Below, one piece after another: positions 8,926-17,499 of a stretch of 55,177 nucleotides of DNA. Positions within the stretch are counted from its first letter, which is position 1. Each line of letters opens with the position of its first letter. Where the stretch lies: IMG/VR virus record IMGVR_UViG_3300034101_000800, positions 1-55,177 of that record. One strand, given 5' to 3'. This DNA is from a virus (Duplodnaviria; Caudoviricetes). The notes beneath the pieces were generated by a model. That model ran no database searches. It was not told the DNA's origin and saw nothing but the letters and a program-made list of their open reading frames with translations. Position numbers and translations under genes: made by a program.

Positions 8926-10266
8926 TTAGTAACCAAATGAAAGTGGAATCTCTACTTTGTTTAACCACCCCTTAGACTTACTATAAGGCCATAGTATGAA
9001 TTTAGATGGAGATGCTTCTTTATCGCATGTAAATGATATGGCAAATTTAGTGTACCCTTCTCGGAGAGAATCCGTTGGGGTTATACTTCTATCCCACATA
9101 AAAGGTTTAGTAGTAGGATTGAAGTCTTCTCTCCACAGAGTATCATTCTGTTCGTTGTGAACAGCACACACTACAAAATCTAAATCAGTTGCTTGATGAA
9201 ATTGTTTCTCATCCCACCGCAGTAGAGATGCATGACGAACCTTGTTGTCAGGCAAAATCTCGCATCTTTTCTTAAAGTCGAGTTGTGCGTACTCTTCGTA
9301 TTGCTGAAGAGTTCTTTCTTTACCCTTACCATATTTGCCAAATACGATATTTGGATCGTAATCCATTTCAAACAGTACACGATTTCTGTGGTGACAGATG
9401 TTGTTTCTGTCTACCCAGTTTAGACCATCAACAAGTTTTTCTTTGTTTTCGTCTACATGATCTACCCAATGCTTGTGGGTTCTGTACTCTCGGGTGTATT
9501 CGTGCCATATCACATTACGATGTGGCGTAAACAGATCATATCCGTGTGTATAGCATCTCATCGCCAGCGAAATTTCTTCACCGTGAAAGTAGTAATTTGG
9601 ATCATGTGGAACTTCTCTCACCATATCACCAAGGGTAAAAGCAAAATGTGCAGAAAAGAATCTACACGGAATGGGAGAGGTTAATTCAGCAAACTTTTTA
9701 CCATTACCCGCCCAAAAGGTTGTACCATCAATGTAATGTGGTTTAAAGAACACGCACCCCTCTGGAGTAAATCTATCAAATTCCAAGTACAGGGCATGAT
9801 TCTTCTCCAACATATCATCGTGTTGTCTTCCTCTGTGTTGCTCCGGGTTAAACGGAGTAACATATGAAGTTAGCAAAGGTTTGCGATGACCCTTTGCTTG
9901 TAACTCTTTAATCCACCCAATCAGAGTCTCGTCCCAATCTTGTGCAAATCGGTGATGAGAATCCAGTTGAAGAGTGTATTCTTCGCCATCATACAGTTGT
10001 TCTTGAATAGAATTACGGGCCCAACATGCTCCCTTACTTTGATTCCATGGCACATCAATGATCTTAAACCGGGGATCGTTTTTGAACTCTGCTAGTTCTG
10101 CGTCCCAAGGATCCGTTGGTTCATGTTGCCAACAAATTCCAAACCGCAGGCGTTCAGGATGCTTGGCCTTGTCTAAGCAATCCTTGATGGTTGGAACCAG
10201 TTCAGGATCCCGATACGCTGCAATCTGAATAAAAATACGGTTATCGTTTTCCATTTTCTTTGTCAT
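8926..10266 (-). CDS. GT60 / Gnt1-like polypeptide (Hyp/Thr) alpha-GlcNAc transferase
   Basis: IFIQIAAYRDPEL, SKGACWAR, YTLQLDSHHRF...WD, EVPHDP, FHGEEI and YTHGYDLFTP...WHEY are signature blocks of the Skp1 GlcNAc-transferase family. Confidence 0.88.
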   Translation of the reverse strand: MTKKMENDNRIFIQIAAYRDPELVPTIKDCLDKAKHPERLRFGICWQHEPTDPWDAELAEFKNDPRFKIIDVPWNQSKGACWARNSIQEQLYDGEEYTLQLDSHHRFAQDWDETLIGWIKELQAKGHRKPLLTSYVTPFNPEQHRGRQHDDMLEKNHALYLEFDRFTPEGCVFFKPHYIDGTTFWAGNGKKFAELTSPIPCRFFSAHFAFTLGDMVREVPHDPNYYFHGEEISLAMRCYTHGYDLFTPHRNVIWHEYTREYRTHKHWVDHVDENKEKLVDGLNWVDRNNICHHRNRVLFEMDYDPNIVFGKYGKGKERTLQQYEEYAQLDFKKRCEILPDNKVRHASLLRWDEKQFHQATDLDFVVCAVHNEQNDTLWREDFNPTTKPFMWDRSITPTDSLREGYTKFAISFTCDKEASPSKFILWPYSKSKGWLNKVEIPLSFGY

Positions 10267-10589
10267 TGTTTTGATCTCTCTTTCTCTTTCAAGTAAGCAC
10301 TCAACAGTACCATGTAGTTGATTACATCAACACAAGTATCCATAAAACTCTCATTGGAAACATGAAGTTTGCCAGACTCTACAAACGAACTAAGTCTACT
10401 CATCTTATCGGTAAGACGAACCAAGAACCCCTGCTCGGTGGAGCAGATGCCCATTGATTCTACTCTTGTGAAATTTGCGAACGGTTCTAGTCCGTCATTG
10501 CCTGCGTAGTCTCTGTTCTTCGCATCCATAAGTGTGCGGCCAGAGTCGCAGATTGATTTGTGCCATGCCAAAAGTTCATCACGGGTCAT
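10263..10589 (-). CDS. DUF1599 / nucleotide-modification-associated (Nmad1)-like helical protein
   Basis: KNRDYAG...PFANF, VRLTDKMSRL and ESFMDTCVDVINY pattern. Confidence 0.65.
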   Translation of the reverse strand: MTRDELLAWHKSICDSGRTLMDAKNRDYAGNDGLEPFANFTRVESMGICSTEQGFLVRLTDKMSRLSSFVESGKLHVSNESFMDTCVDVINYMVLLSAYLKEKERSKQ

Positions 10590-10595
10590 AATGTA

Positions 10596-11111
10596 TTACA
10601 CTCCTGTTGATCCAAACCCACCTGAACGATCTGTGGTTTGGTTGGGTCTAGTATGTATCTGTTCAATAGGTAATCGAATCGTGTTTACTAGATCACCCTG
10701 ACAAATTCTTTCGCCATGTTTAACTGTAACAAAGGCGCTTGATGCGTTCCTGACCATCAGGAACAACTCATCAAAGTAGTCTGCATCAATTATTCCTTCT
10801 CCATTCGGTAAGATCAGTCCGCGCTTTAACGCAACACCGGATCGCATATGCACACGAACAGAATATCCAACAGGGATTTTCGCAATTAGTCCAGTTGGAA
10901 TCAGTACAGTAGTTTGCGGGGGAATGGTCAGATCAGAACTGACTCTGAGCATATCGCTCATAGTGTTCTGCGGATCGACAGATTTAATCGTTCTGAGATG
11001 CCCAGTATCATCTACAAGATGTGCCGTCAAATCAAAGCAAGCAGAATGCTCGGTTGCATAAGTGGGAAGCGGGGCATTCGCGTATAATTGATAAAAGCCA
11101 AACTGCATCAT
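10596..11111 (-). CDS. dut: Trimeric dUTPase
   Basis: SACFDL, RSG, GIIDADY, GERICQ and RSGGFGSTG motifs I-V. Confidence 0.96.
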   Translation of the reverse strand: MMQFGFYQLYANAPLPTYATEHSACFDLTAHLVDDTGHLRTIKSVDPQNTMSDMLRVSSDLTIPPQTTVLIPTGLIAKIPVGYSVRVHMRSGVALKRGLILPNGEGIIDADYFDELFLMVRNASSAFVTVKHGERICQGDLVNTIRLPIEQIHTRPNQTTDRSGGFGSTGV

Positions 11112-11118
11112 GTCTCCA

Positions 11119-11793
11119 TTACTTAGAGGGAATAGGAATCAACTCATTCAATGCTTGTACATGAGTCGGAACAAGTGGACGATCAGTAAGAGTTTGCCAC
11201 TTGTTTTCGCTTTGTCTCAGAGCGGACTGGATGAACATTGGAACTGGAGCAGCAATTACTTTGAACTTAGACTGTGCTGCTGCAAAGCCATTGTCCATAG
11301 GAATCTGCTTAGAATATAGACACATGTGCGCTATATCTGCTGCGTAATTCTTGTATCTATCGGACACATAGAGTACTGCGTGTGCTGCAAGCATACCAAA
11401 GATTCTATACCATCCATTGTTCAAGTCAACGATTGCTTGCTTTTGATTTCCATGAGAAATCCCAAGATACACGGCATCAGTATCGTCTGGCACTTCTATG
11501 CTCGGAACAAATGCTTCAGTTGCAAGCGCATCATCTTCTAACACAAGAACAGGCGCCTTGTTGATTGATAACAAGGCGTCAATGTGCGCTTGTCCGCATC
11601 CCATGAAATGTGTACCGAATGCCTTGAGTTTTGCGGGAGACATAGACTTGGGAGGAGGAATGATCCTGCCAGGGATTCGCATATGAGATGTGAATCCCAA
11701 GCGATCAAATTGATCGGTCATCTGCTTGGCGTTAAGGGTCGCTCGGTCTAGATTGATCCATCTAGTTTGTACATTACGAAGGTCGATTTTCAT
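11119..11793 (-). CDS. Glycosyltransferase family 25-like
   Basis: WINLDR, GCGQAH, LVLEDDA and LAAHAVLY motifs. Confidence 0.75.
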   Translation of the reverse strand: MKIDLRNVQTRWINLDRATLNAKQMTDQFDRLGFTSHMRIPGRIIPPPKSMSPAKLKAFGTHFMGCGQAHIDALLSINKAPVLVLEDDALATEAFVPSIEVPDDTDAVYLGISHGNQKQAIVDLNNGWYRIFGMLAAHAVLYVSDRYKNYAADIAHMCLYSKQIPMDNGFAAAQSKFKVIAAPVPMFIQSALRQSENKWQTLTDRPLVPTHVQALNELIPIPSK

Positions 11794-11804
11794 GTCACTC
11801 TCAC

Positions 11805-12230
11805 TTAGAACTTTTTACCGATATGATACTTGGGAACCAGTTCCCAATCTCCCTTTTCTTTATGCGGAATAATCTTGATTTGCCCAAGACCTGCGGCAAC
11901 ATTTGCAGTCTTCGCGGGGTCAACATTTTTTACAAGTCCCCACTCGTCTAGCAATGTCACAATGGTATTGCGCCTGGCGATATCGGCCTCGGTCAGAGTG
12001 GACGGCAGGCCGTCGAGCGCAAACAGTTCCTTAAAGTGTACGATGTAGTATTTGCCCCGCTTGTGTAGAATATGGCAAGACTGATACAGTTTCTTCTCAG
12101 TCTTGGAGGAAATCCCAATACGGGTTAAGGTTTCTTTTACCTTTAGGAAATCGTCTGGCTTTGCCAGCGTGATCTCTACTAGTTCTTCAACGGTGATTTT
12201 CGGTTGGTATTCCATACATATGCACTCCAT
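11805..12230 (-). CDS. regA: Translational repressor RegA
   Basis: PDDFLKVKETLTRIGI, LYQSCHILHKRGKYYIVHFKELFALDG and WELVPKYHIG. Confidence 0.97.
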   Translation of the reverse strand: MECICMEYQPKITVEELVEITLAKPDDFLKVKETLTRIGISSKTEKKLYQSCHILHKRGKYYIVHFKELFALDGLPSTLTEADIARRNTIVTLLDEWGLVKNVDPAKTANVAAGLGQIKIIPHKEKGDWELVPKYHIGKKF

Positions 12231-12277
12231 GCCAATGAGTATGCCTCATCTTTACAAATATGTAGGAACACGATAAC

Positions 12278-12658
12278 TTAGGCGCCACCTCTATAGGTTG
12301 AGCGCACAATGTCTGCGATTTGCTCAGGGGTCAGGACTCGCATGATATCTTTAGCCTTAGCATCAGAGCAACCGTAACGCTCTTTGATAGATGCCAGATT
12401 CTGCGCTTCCTCTGCCTTGAACCACTTGCTGAAACGCTTTCTGGCACGAACACTATGGCGCAAGAAATCAAACTGCATCCGCTTACGCAAGGCACCGTAC
12501 CGATTCATTTCGTTTGCTTGCAGAATGGTATCGGGAAAGTAAGACAGTCCTCTGTTCACCAAGAATGGAATGTACCCCTTCTCGTCATGCTCCTCGTCGC
12601 ACAGCGGATTCTTGTTTACATTGATGGCGTTCAAGTAGTCGGTTAGTTTAAGCGTCAT
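12278..12658 (-). CDS. gp62: Clamp loader small subunit
   Basis: YIPFLVNRGLSYFPDTILQANEMN and RKRFSKW; conserved position before regA. Confidence 0.93.
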   Translation of the reverse strand: MTLKLTDYLNAINVNKNPLCDEEHDEKGYIPFLVNRGLSYFPDTILQANEMNRYGALRKRMQFDFLRHSVRARKRFSKWFKAEEAQNLASIKERYGCSDAKAKDIMRVLTPEQIADIVRSTYRGGA

Positions 12659-12923
12659 CTCTCACCACCAATGCAATATGATCCTGATGCACCAAGTCTA
12701 GATCGCCGTAATGATTTCCACGATTGGTTGCCAGTTCCCAATATACCGTATCACCAACGCGAACATCCTCAGTTAGATCATTGCCAACTGCAACAACTTC
12801 GGCAATGACATAGTGTCCTTTAGTCTTATCGTCCTTAAAGATGATACCACTCTCGGTCTTCTTTTCTTTTCCAAGATCAGTTCGTACCGCAATCCATTTG
12901 CCAATTGGTCTAAACGGCATCAT
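12648..12923 (-). CDS. groES: GroES/Cpn10-like co-chaperonin
   Basis: FRPIGKWIAV, KTESGII mobile loop, VVAVG and VRVGDTV; ATGA overlap with the gp44 stop. Confidence 0.85.
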   Translation of the reverse strand: MMPFRPIGKWIAVRTDLGKEKKTESGIIFKDDKTKGHYVIAEVVAVGNDLTEDVRVGDTVYWELATNRGNHYGDLDLVHQDHIALVVRDDA

Positions 12924-13867
12924 TTGAACTCGCACTCCATCATAATCTCAGTCAAGCAAGCAGTCATATTGATCTCTGCATCGGCAACAAATGCTGCCTT
13001 GTATTGGTATTCAGCAAGAATCAACACCAGTTTCGGAATGCTAGACGGAGCAAAGCACTCGTACATAGACTCGTAAATCTTGCGGAACAGAGATGCTGAA
13101 TCTGCATCAGAGTTCTCCACCACCCACTTACGAACCGATGTAAAATCCTTTTGCTTCAAGGCAGAAATGAGTTCCTTGATCTTGATTTCACCAAGTTGGG
13201 TCAAGATACCGACATCAATTTTGCCAGACACCGAGTACCGCTGCAACTCATTCAAGATGCGGCGGAAGTCGGGAAAGTGCTTCATAATGAGTTCTACAAG
13301 CACCTTGTCATCGTAAGCAACCCCTTCGGCATCCAAGATACCCTTGACACGCTGAAGCATTTGCTTTGCGAGGCCGGGGCGTTCTTTGGTTGGGATCTGA
13401 AAGTTAATGCAAGTACACCGCGAGTGTAGCGGTTCAATGATCCTGTTCTTAAAGTTACAAGTCAGAACAAACCTGCAGTTTGCGCTGAACTCTTCCATGA
13501 ATCCACGCAAAGCAGGCTGTGTGCTTTGAGCGTTGGAGTAGTCAAACTCGTCTAGGATCACAACCTTCTTGTTTCCTGACATGGAAACTGTACTCGCAAA
13601 GTTACGAATGCGAGTACGCAGCGTATCAATGTTACCGTCTTCTGAGCAGTTAACAATGATGTAGTCTGCGTCTAGTTCACTACACAGAGCGCGGGCAACT
13701 GTAGTCTTTCCGCATCCTGCACCACCTGATAGCAGGAGATTCTGCACCTCCCCTGATTCCACCATATCGGTGAAGGTCTTCTTCATTGCGGACGGAAGAA
13801 TACAATCCGCGATCACCTTTGGGCGGTACTTCTCCACCCAAAGGTATTCGGTTGCCGTAGCAGTCAT
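12920..13867 (-). CDS. gp44: Clamp loader large subunit (RFC-like AAA+)
   Basis: LWVEKYRP, GGAGCGKTT, ILDEFD and PLHSRC. Confidence 0.97.
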   Translation of the reverse strand: MTATATEYLWVEKYRPKVIADCILPSAMKKTFTDMVESGEVQNLLLSGGAGCGKTTVARALCSELDADYIIVNCSEDGNIDTLRTRIRNFASTVSMSGNKKVVILDEFDYSNAQSTQPALRGFMEEFSANCRFVLTCNFKNRIIEPLHSRCTCINFQIPTKERPGLAKQMLQRVKGILDAEGVAYDDKVLVELIMKHFPDFRRILNELQRYSVSGKIDVGILTQLGEIKIKELISALKQKDFTSVRKWVVENSDADSASLFRKIYESMYECFAPSSIPKLVLILAEYQYKAAFVADAEINMTACLTEIMMECEFK

Positions 13868-13869
13868 AT

Positions 13870-14589
13870 TTACTCCTTAGAGGCAGTACTAGAAGTCGCC
13901 TCAAGCGCAACGAAGTAAGTTAGATCCTTACTGCAATGCGAGAACTTGGCTACAATGCTCTTGCTAATATGAACATCGTAGTCGCCCGCCATGAGTTTCA
14001 GATTGTCTACCTTCATGTGGATATCAAACTTGGTCTTTGCCTTGTTCTCACCAACAACAATAGAGTAGGTATTGGAACCCTTGTCTGCCTTATCAAGAAC
14101 AACAACTTCGATCTTGTCCTTTGTTCCGCGCACGGAGATATCACCAACCTGTAACACCGAACTGGCACGCATAATCTCGGCAACATTGTCTGCCGTCAAC
14201 TTGAACGACACAAGAATATCGGGCATGGTGATGCTCTTCTTGGGCGAAGTCAACAGGCTTGGTTCGCAGTAGTAATAGTTCACGCTCGGAGCGTTCTTGC
14301 GAGTAGCATCAGAGACAACAACGGACTTCTCTCCGAAAGTCAGCATTGGTTCCTTGAACAACGAGATCACACCAAGGAACTTGTTCAAGTCCCAAATACC
14401 AAACTCAACATCAAAGGTTTCGTCAACTGTTGCCTCCGCCATAACATTCTTCACGGGAGTCACCGTAGCAATAGTGTTGCCAGGACGGATGAGAATGTTA
14501 GAGTTCAGAGAAGCGAAGTTCTTGAGAACAGCAAGAGTTTCTTGAGATAGTTTCATACCAGTTTCATTTTCAGTAGCAGTAGCAGTCAT
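13870..14589 (-). CDS. gp45: Sliding clamp
   Basis: MKLSQETLAVLKNFASLNSNI, FGIWDLNKFL and YFVALE; start at ATG 14589 behind GGAGA. Confidence 0.95.
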   Translation of the reverse strand: MTATATENETGMKLSQETLAVLKNFASLNSNILIRPGNTIATVTPVKNVMAEATVDETFDVEFGIWDLNKFLGVISLFKEPMLTFGEKSVVVSDATRKNAPSVNYYYCEPSLLTSPKKSITMPDILVSFKLTADNVAEIMRASSVLQVGDISVRGTKDKIEVVVLDKADKGSNTYSIVVGENKAKTKFDIHMKVDNLKLMAGDYDVHISKSIVAKFSHCSKDLTYFVALEATSSTASKE

Positions 14590-14617
14590 TATGTCTCCAT
14601 TCTGTAGGGGTTCGTAT

Positions 14618-14645
14618 AGTATACTTTCACTTTGATTTCTTGCAA
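14618..14645 (-). promoter_or_regulatory. sigma70-like promoter TTGCAA-N16-TATACT upstream of gp45
   Basis: Read on the reverse complement; 16-nt spacer. Confidence 0.65.
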
Positions 14646-14773
14646 CCACAACCTTTGGGTTTTGGGGGATTTGGTGGTGCAGAGTTTATCTGCCTGGCCT
14701 TAGGATCGATTGGTTGCCGAGGCGTCTGCCGTGCTGCTCCCCCGGTCCGGGTTGGTCTATTAACTCTTCTCAT
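14627..14773 (-). CDS. Small basic Pro-rich protein (48 aa) ending GCGCKKSK
   Basis: Below the ORF-track cut-off; MRRVNRPTRTGGAARQTPRQPIDPKARQINSAPPNPPKPKGCGCKKSK fills the gap between neighbours. Confidence 0.5.
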   Translation of the reverse strand: MRRVNRPTRTGGAARQTPRQPIDPKARQINSAPPNPPKPKGCGCKKSK

Positions 14774-15311
14774 CTGTTTGCTTGATCGTTAGGTCAACTT
14801 GCCTTTCGATCTGCTCCTTTCGGCTAAAGTCGTATCGCATTCTTCTTTCTACGCTTTCATCTGCACTAGGAGTGTAGTTGCTAAATCCAGGCATATTAAG
14901 AGGACACACCACTTTAGGAAAGTCTAGTTTGGTGTAGTCATCTGGCTGCTTTGCATTTAGCCATGTTGCTTTTCTATCTCCGCACCCACACTCACCGCAG
15001 TAGTATCTACCTTCTTCTGCGCTACTGTCGCGTCTAAATGGACAGGGGGCAATTCCGCGTTCGGGATCGCCATGACAAGAAACCAATCTAGTTTTCTTGA
15101 TATCTTCGGTGCATCGTTTATCTTGCGTAATTCCGCGAGAAGCGTATGCTTCAACAGCACTCTTTACTTTGTTCAGTAAAGACGGTGGATGCTGTGGTCC
15201 TGGAGTTGATACTGGAGTTGGTACTGGTAATGCAGCAGGTGTTCTAGCATTTGGTGATTTAGACCACCCACCAGTAGCAATAATTTTCTTACCGTTGTTT
15301 GGTGCGCTCAT
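14760..15311 (-). CDS. Hypothetical Cys-rich (possible Zn-binding) protein
   Basis: CHG...CP...CGECGCG...CP; start at ATG 15311 behind GAGGAG. Confidence 0.7.
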   Translation of the reverse strand: MSAPNNGKKIIATGGWSKSPNARTPAALPVPTPVSTPGPQHPPSLLNKVKSAVEAYASRGITQDKRCTEDIKKTRLVSCHGDPERGIAPCPFRRDSSAEEGRYYCGECGCGDRKATWLNAKQPDDYTKLDFPKVVCPLNMPGFSNYTPSADESVERRMRYDFSRKEQIERQVDLTIKQTDEKS

Positions 15312-15486
15312 CTCGGTACTCCTCAAATGAATCGTCTTCGTATCTCTCAATGTCAGAAGATGCTTCTCGCATTTTTTGCTTCTGCGAATGTCGGTCGCCG
15401 CGCTTTTGCTTTTTCTTTATGCCGCGATCCTTATGAAAGCGTTCAAACGAACCAGTTTCATCCCAATTGTTCCATTCTCTGCTCAT
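15289..15486 (-). CDS. Small highly charged hypothetical protein
   Basis: Starts immediately after the rnh stop; fills the gap on the coding strand. Confidence 0.6.
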   Translation of the reverse strand: MSREWNNWDETGSFERFHKDRGIKKKQKRGDRHSQKQKMREASSDIERYEDDSFEEYRDERTKQR

Positions 15487-16356
15487 TCAAAACTCCGATA
15501 CAACTTCAACTAGATTCTTCATCTTATGCTCCATCAAATACGAGAGGATATTTCCCCTGCGCGTAGGAGTGGAGTCTGCGTACTTTTGCAGAATGGATTT
15601 CTCCAACTCCACAGGTATGTATCTGAAGTCAACCATACATCGGTTACGATCCCAATTTCTTTTCACTTTATCTGGCATGTTTGCACCAACATCAAAGGTA
15701 TTACCCAGTACCACAAGATTTTCGTGGATCGCTTCCGCCTTCTTTGACGTGAGAGGAGTCTGACGCTTTCCGTCTGTGACGAAGCAATCGTCATCAGATA
15801 GAACATTAGGCACACCATCGCTTGAGTCTCCACCCAAGATATGCTCAATCAAGAACTCGGTAGGTTCCTTGCACGGCACAAATCCCTTGGTCATGGGACT
15901 CCATTGCCGAACATTTGGATAAATCTGCAACTGCTTAAAGTCTTTATCGCTAGAGACAATCACGATCTGTTCTTTTGCAGAAAAGTGTTTGGTCAAAGTT
16001 GCAATCACATCGTCTGCTTCTGCTCCAGTAACCCGCATGTGACGATACGGAAACACATCACGAATCTCTTCGCGGATACCGTCAATCATTCCGTAAATCG
16101 CCTTCCAATCCACATCAGAGGCAGCCTTTGCTTTGTTTCTGTTCTGCTTATACTGAGGGAATACAGAGTTACGCCAGCACTTACCACCCTCATGGCACAG
16201 GACAATCTCACCGGCATCGCGGAACTTCTGTCGATATGTACGATAGATGTTCAACACCGTATGTCGTAGAAGGTCTTCTGAAAACTGAGAAGCATCGCCC
16301 TTAGTAAGGGCGAACAGGCTTCCCAACAGTACTTGGTTGTTGTCAATCAGAATCAT
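15487..16356 (-). CDS. rnh: T4-type RNase H (5'-3' exonuclease, FEN family)
   Basis: MILID, YKQNR, GAEADDVI, SSDKDFKQL and GDSSDGVPN. Confidence 0.95.
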   Translation of the reverse strand: MILIDNNQVLLGSLFALTKGDASQFSEDLLRHTVLNIYRTYRQKFRDAGEIVLCHEGGKCWRNSVFPQYKQNRNKAKAASDVDWKAIYGMIDGIREEIRDVFPYRHMRVTGAEADDVIATLTKHFSAKEQIVIVSSDKDFKQLQIYPNVRQWSPMTKGFVPCKEPTEFLIEHILGGDSSDGVPNVLSDDDCFVTDGKRQTPLTSKKAEAIHENLVVLGNTFDVGANMPDKVKRNWDRNRCMVDFRYIPVELEKSILQKYADSTPTRRGNILSYLMEHKMKNLVEVVSEF

Positions 16357-17462
16357 TAGTAGGCTCCAACGAGAACACAGTTCTCGTTGATTCTTCCGCT
16401 CATCTTTGTGGGTTTAGTCTTAATAGAGTTCAAAGCGGTTTGCACAGAGCGAACACCAGTAAGTTTACTCAGCACATCCTTTGGTTTGCGGAGTTTCTTA
16501 GTAACAGACTTATCCTCATCGTAGTTGATAACGGTGGTTCCCTTTACGCTGAGTCCACGCGGATCTTTAGCAAAGAGTACAGTTAGTGTACGGTACTTCT
16601 CGTTAAACACAACCACCATTTCGCTGCCAACAATCTTTTCAGGAGAAATACTCTTGATGCCGTAATCTTTCGACTCGGACAAGTACTTCAGTTTCTTGGT
16701 GATCTGGCTAGGACTCTTCTCTTTCTTCTTACGAGGCTTGCGTTCGGATCTCTTCTCGTCTGCAAATGTACGGAAAGCGTTGGCGGTTTCAGATAGAACC
16801 TGTATGAGTTTCTTGAAACGCGGTCTAGTCAGGAACGAGTATCCTTCTACCAGTTGCTCGTCTTTGCCAGCATATGCAAGTGCCATCTCTTGTAGATAAG
16901 TTGTCTCAATGTAAGTGGCAATTTTACCACAATGCATAGGCTTAACACCCCTAGTTGTTGCCCATCCAACAGGGTCAAACTTTATCTCGCCCTTGCTTGC
17001 ACACGCGGTTACAGCCGCGTCCACAAGCATATCAATGTCTCCCAAGTATTCCCGACATTTCTGCTCTATCCTCTCTTGGATAGAAGGACCAGCACAGGCG
17101 TGACGCTTGGCAAGAACAGCAGCACCACTACACCGGAGTGCATCTATGTCACTTGTGATTTTCTCTTTGGTTTCATCTGAAAGCGGGGCCCCACGAGTGA
17201 GCATCCGGCAAAGATGTGCTATGCCAGAATAACTCTTGATGCAATTTTGGGCAACACACTTAATGTGTTCGGCATTCATCTTGACATGCTTACAGTATTC
17301 TAAAACCCACCGCTTCTTTTCTCGCTTTGTGCCTTTGCCCCAATACCAATTTAAAGCGCGTTGGAGCGCAGAGTCTCGCTCTTCTTCAGATGCAAAGGAC
17401 TCTGCGCTCCAAGATGGCTCTGTGCCATACGCGCGTTCTAGAGTTTTGTTGTAGTTCTTCAT
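16356..17462 (-). CDS. Conserved hypothetical protein of T4-like phages
   Basis: C-terminal KLKYL...SISPEKIVG...FNEKYR...SVKGTT...KKLRKP block that I recall from aquatic T4-like phages; function unknown. Confidence 0.75.
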   Translation of the reverse strand: MKNYNKTLERAYGTEPSWSAESFASEEERDSALQRALNWYWGKGTKREKKRWVLEYCKHVKMNAEHIKCVAQNCIKSYSGIAHLCRMLTRGAPLSDETKEKITSDIDALRCSGAAVLAKRHACAGPSIQERIEQKCREYLGDIDMLVDAAVTACASKGEIKFDPVGWATTRGVKPMHCGKIATYIETTYLQEMALAYAGKDEQLVEGYSFLTRPRFKKLIQVLSETANAFRTFADEKRSERKPRKKKEKSPSQITKKLKYLSESKDYGIKSISPEKIVGSEMVVVFNEKYRTLTVLFAKDPRGLSVKGTTVINYDEDKSVTKKLRKPKDVLSKLTGVRSVQTALNSIKTKPTKMSGRINENCVLVGAY

Positions 17463-17470
17463 TACACCTT

Positions 17471-17498
17471 AGTATAAGACGAACCCGATACAAGTCAA
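17471..17498 (-). promoter_or_regulatory. sigma70-like promoter TTGACT-N16-TATACT, 8 nt before the ATG
   Basis: Same hexamers and spacer as 2678-2705; fills the intergenic gap. Confidence 0.75.
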
Positions 17499-17499
17499 C

